The notes under the pieces were generated by a model, which was not told where the DNA came from, ran no database searches, and saw only the letters and a list, made by a program, of their open reading frames with translations. 10,409 nt of DNA from a virus (Duplodnaviria; Heunggongvirae; Uroviricota; Caudoviricetes). The stretch is from IMG/VR virus record IMGVR_UViG_2563366831_000007. The stretch is one strand, 5' to 3'. The number at the start of each line of letters is the position of its first letter. The stretch's first letter is position 1. The translations under genes and the position numbers were made by a program. Below are positions 8,740 to 10,409 of this stretch, one piece after another.

Positions 8740-10039
8740 TCTCCCGCATATTGCCAGCATGGCCTTTAATGAGCCGCTGATGCTTGAACCCGCCTATGCG
8801 CGGGTTTTCTTTTGTGCGCTTGCAGGCCAGCTTGGGATCAGTCGCCTGACGGATGCAGTATCCGGCGACAGCCTGACTGCCGGAGAGGCACCCGCGGCGC
8901 TGGCGTTATCCGGTGATGATGACGGACCACGACAGGCCCGCAGTTATCAGGTCATGAACGGCATCGCCGTGCTGCCGGTGTCCGGCACGCTGGTCAGCCG
9001 GACGCGAGCGCTGCAGCCGTATTCGGGGATGACCGGTTACAACGGCATTATCGCCCGTCTGCAACAGGCTGCCAGCGACCCGATGGTGGACGGCATTCTG
9101 CTCGATATGGATACGCCAGGCGGGATGGTGGCAGGGGCATTTGACTGCGCTGACATCATCGCCCGTGTGCGTGACATAAAGCCGGTATGGGCGCTGGCCA
9201 ACGACATGAACTGCAGTGCAGGTCAGTTGCTTGCCAGCGCCGCCTCCCGACGTCTGGTCACGCAGACCGCCCGGACAGGCTCCATCGGCGTCATGATGGC
9301 TCACAGTAATTACGGTGCTGCGCTGGAGAAACAGGGCGTGGAAATCACGCTGATTTACAGCGGCAGCCATAAGGTGGATGGCAACCCCTACAGCCATCTA
9401 CCGGGTGATGTCCGGGAGACACTGCAGTCCCGGATGGATGCAACCCGCCGGATGTTTGCGCAGAAGGTGTCGGCATATACCGGCCTGTCCGTGCAGGCTG
9501 TGCTGGATACCGAGGCTGCAGTGTACAGCGGTCAGGAGGCCATTGATGCCGGACTGGCTGATGAACTTGTCAACAGCACCGATGCGATCACTGTTATGCG
9601 TGATGCACTGGATGCACGTAAATCCCGTCTCTCAGGAGGGCGAATGACCAAAGAGACTCAATCAACAACTGTTTCAGCCACTGCTTCGCAGGCTGACGTT
9701 ACTGACGTGGTGCAAGCGACGGAGGGCGAAAACGCCAGCGCGGCGCAGCCGGACGTGAACGCGCAGATCACCGCTGCGGTTGCGGCAGAAAACAGCCGCA
9801 TTATGGGGATCCTCAACTGTGAGGAAGCTCACGGACGCGAAGAACAGGCACGTGTGCTGGCCGAACCCCCCGGTATGACCGTGGAAACGGCCCGCCGCAT
9901 TCTGGCAGCTGCACCACAGAGTGCACAGGCGCGCAGTGACACTGCGCTGGATCGTCTGATGCAGGGGGCACCGGCACCACTGGCTGCAGGTAACCCGGCA
10001 TCTGATGCCGTTAACGATTTGCTGAACACACCAGTGTAA
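8720..10039 (+). CDS. C: Head maturation protease / minor capsid protein gpC, 439 aa, GTG start
   Basis: GTG at 8720 preceded by GAGGAGGA. Translation VTAELRNLPHIASMAFNEPLMLEP... gives 439 aa, the lambda gpC length. The ORF-track start at 8585 is an upstream extension inside B. Confidence 0.92.
9434..10039 (+). CDS. nu3: Scaffolding protein gpNu3, in-frame internal start within C (201 aa)
   Basis: An in-frame ATG lies 714 nt into C, the same offset as lambda nu3 relative to C. It shares the C reading frame and stop. Confidence 0.75.
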   Translation: MDATRRMFAQKVSAYTGLSVQAVLDTEAAVYSGQEAIDAGLADELVNSTDAITVMRDALDARKSRLSGGRMTKETQSTTVSATASQADVTDVVQATEGENASAAQPDVNAQITAAVAAENSRIMGILNCEEAHGREEQARVLAEPPGMTVETARRILAAAPQSAQARSDTALDRLMQGAPAPLAAGNPASDAVNDLLNTPV

Positions 10040-10048
10040 GGGATGTTT

Positions 10049-10381
10049 ATGACGAGCAAAGAAACCTTTACCCATTACCAGCCGCTGGGCAACAGTGACC
10101 CGGCACATACGGCAACCGCGCCCGGCGGATTGAGTGCGAAAGCGCCTGCAATGACCCCGCTGATGCTGGACACCTCCACCCGTAAGCTGGTTGCGTGGGA
10201 TGGCACCACCGACGGTACTGCCGTTGGCATTCTGGCGGTTGATGCTGACCAGACCAGCACCACGCTGACGTTCTACAAGTCCGGCACGTTCCGTTATGAG
10301 GATGTGCTCTGGCCGGAGGCTGCCAGCGACGAGACGAAAAAACGGACCGCGTTTGCCGGAACGGCAATCAGCATCGTTTAA
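10049..10381 (+). CDS. D: Head decoration protein gpD, 110 aa
   Basis: ATG at 10049, 10 nt after the C stop as in lambda. [43 protein letters not shown]... matches lambda gpD as recalled. The track ORF starts 2 codons upstream at 10043. Confidence 0.93.
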   Translation: MTSKETFTHYQPLGNSDPAHTATAPGGLSAKAPAMTPLMLDTSTRKLVAWDGTTDGTAVGILAVDADQTSTTLTFYKSGTFRYEDVLWPEAASDETKKRTAFAGTAISIV

Positions 10382-10409
10382 CCTTACCCTTCATCACTAA
10401 AGGCCGCCT

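Noticed and set aside
10382-10409. Possible start of the D-E intergenic terminator (AAAGGCCGCCT at the window end)
   Set aside because: Only the first arm is inside the window. The hairpin and T-tract cannot be verified.

Overview
This window is the cos-proximal part of a lambda-like prophage in an enterobacterial genome, interrupted by an insertion sequence. Left to right: (1) the first 8 codons of a minus-strand gene running off the left edge, whose start (MKKMLFSA) resembles lambda bor; (2) a 2,699-bp IS66-family element (96-2794) with tnpA-tnpB-tnpC on the minus strand, imperfect GTAA-initiated terminal inverted repeats and a perfect 8-bp target-site duplication AAATGGAT; (3) a repeat-dense non-coding stretch followed by a moron-like cassette encoding a small lipoprotein that is essentially a free TonB C-terminal domain (3214-3540), with hairpins downstream; (4) two low-confidence small minus-strand ORFs, one a Cys-rich secreted peptide; (5) a complete cos site, with the lambda cohesive end GGGCGGCGACCT at 4305-4316 but a cosB whose three R elements are not lambda's; (6) the lambda head operon nu1-A-W-B-C/nu3-D, intact and in lambda order, spacing and overlap pattern, ending just before E. 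No rRNA, tRNA or CRISPR array was seen. The two most interesting items are the TonB-C-terminal-domain lipoprotein moron (a candidate interference or exclusion factor) and the apparently swapped cosB / Nu1 DNA-binding module. All comparisons to lambda and TonB are from memory, not from a search.
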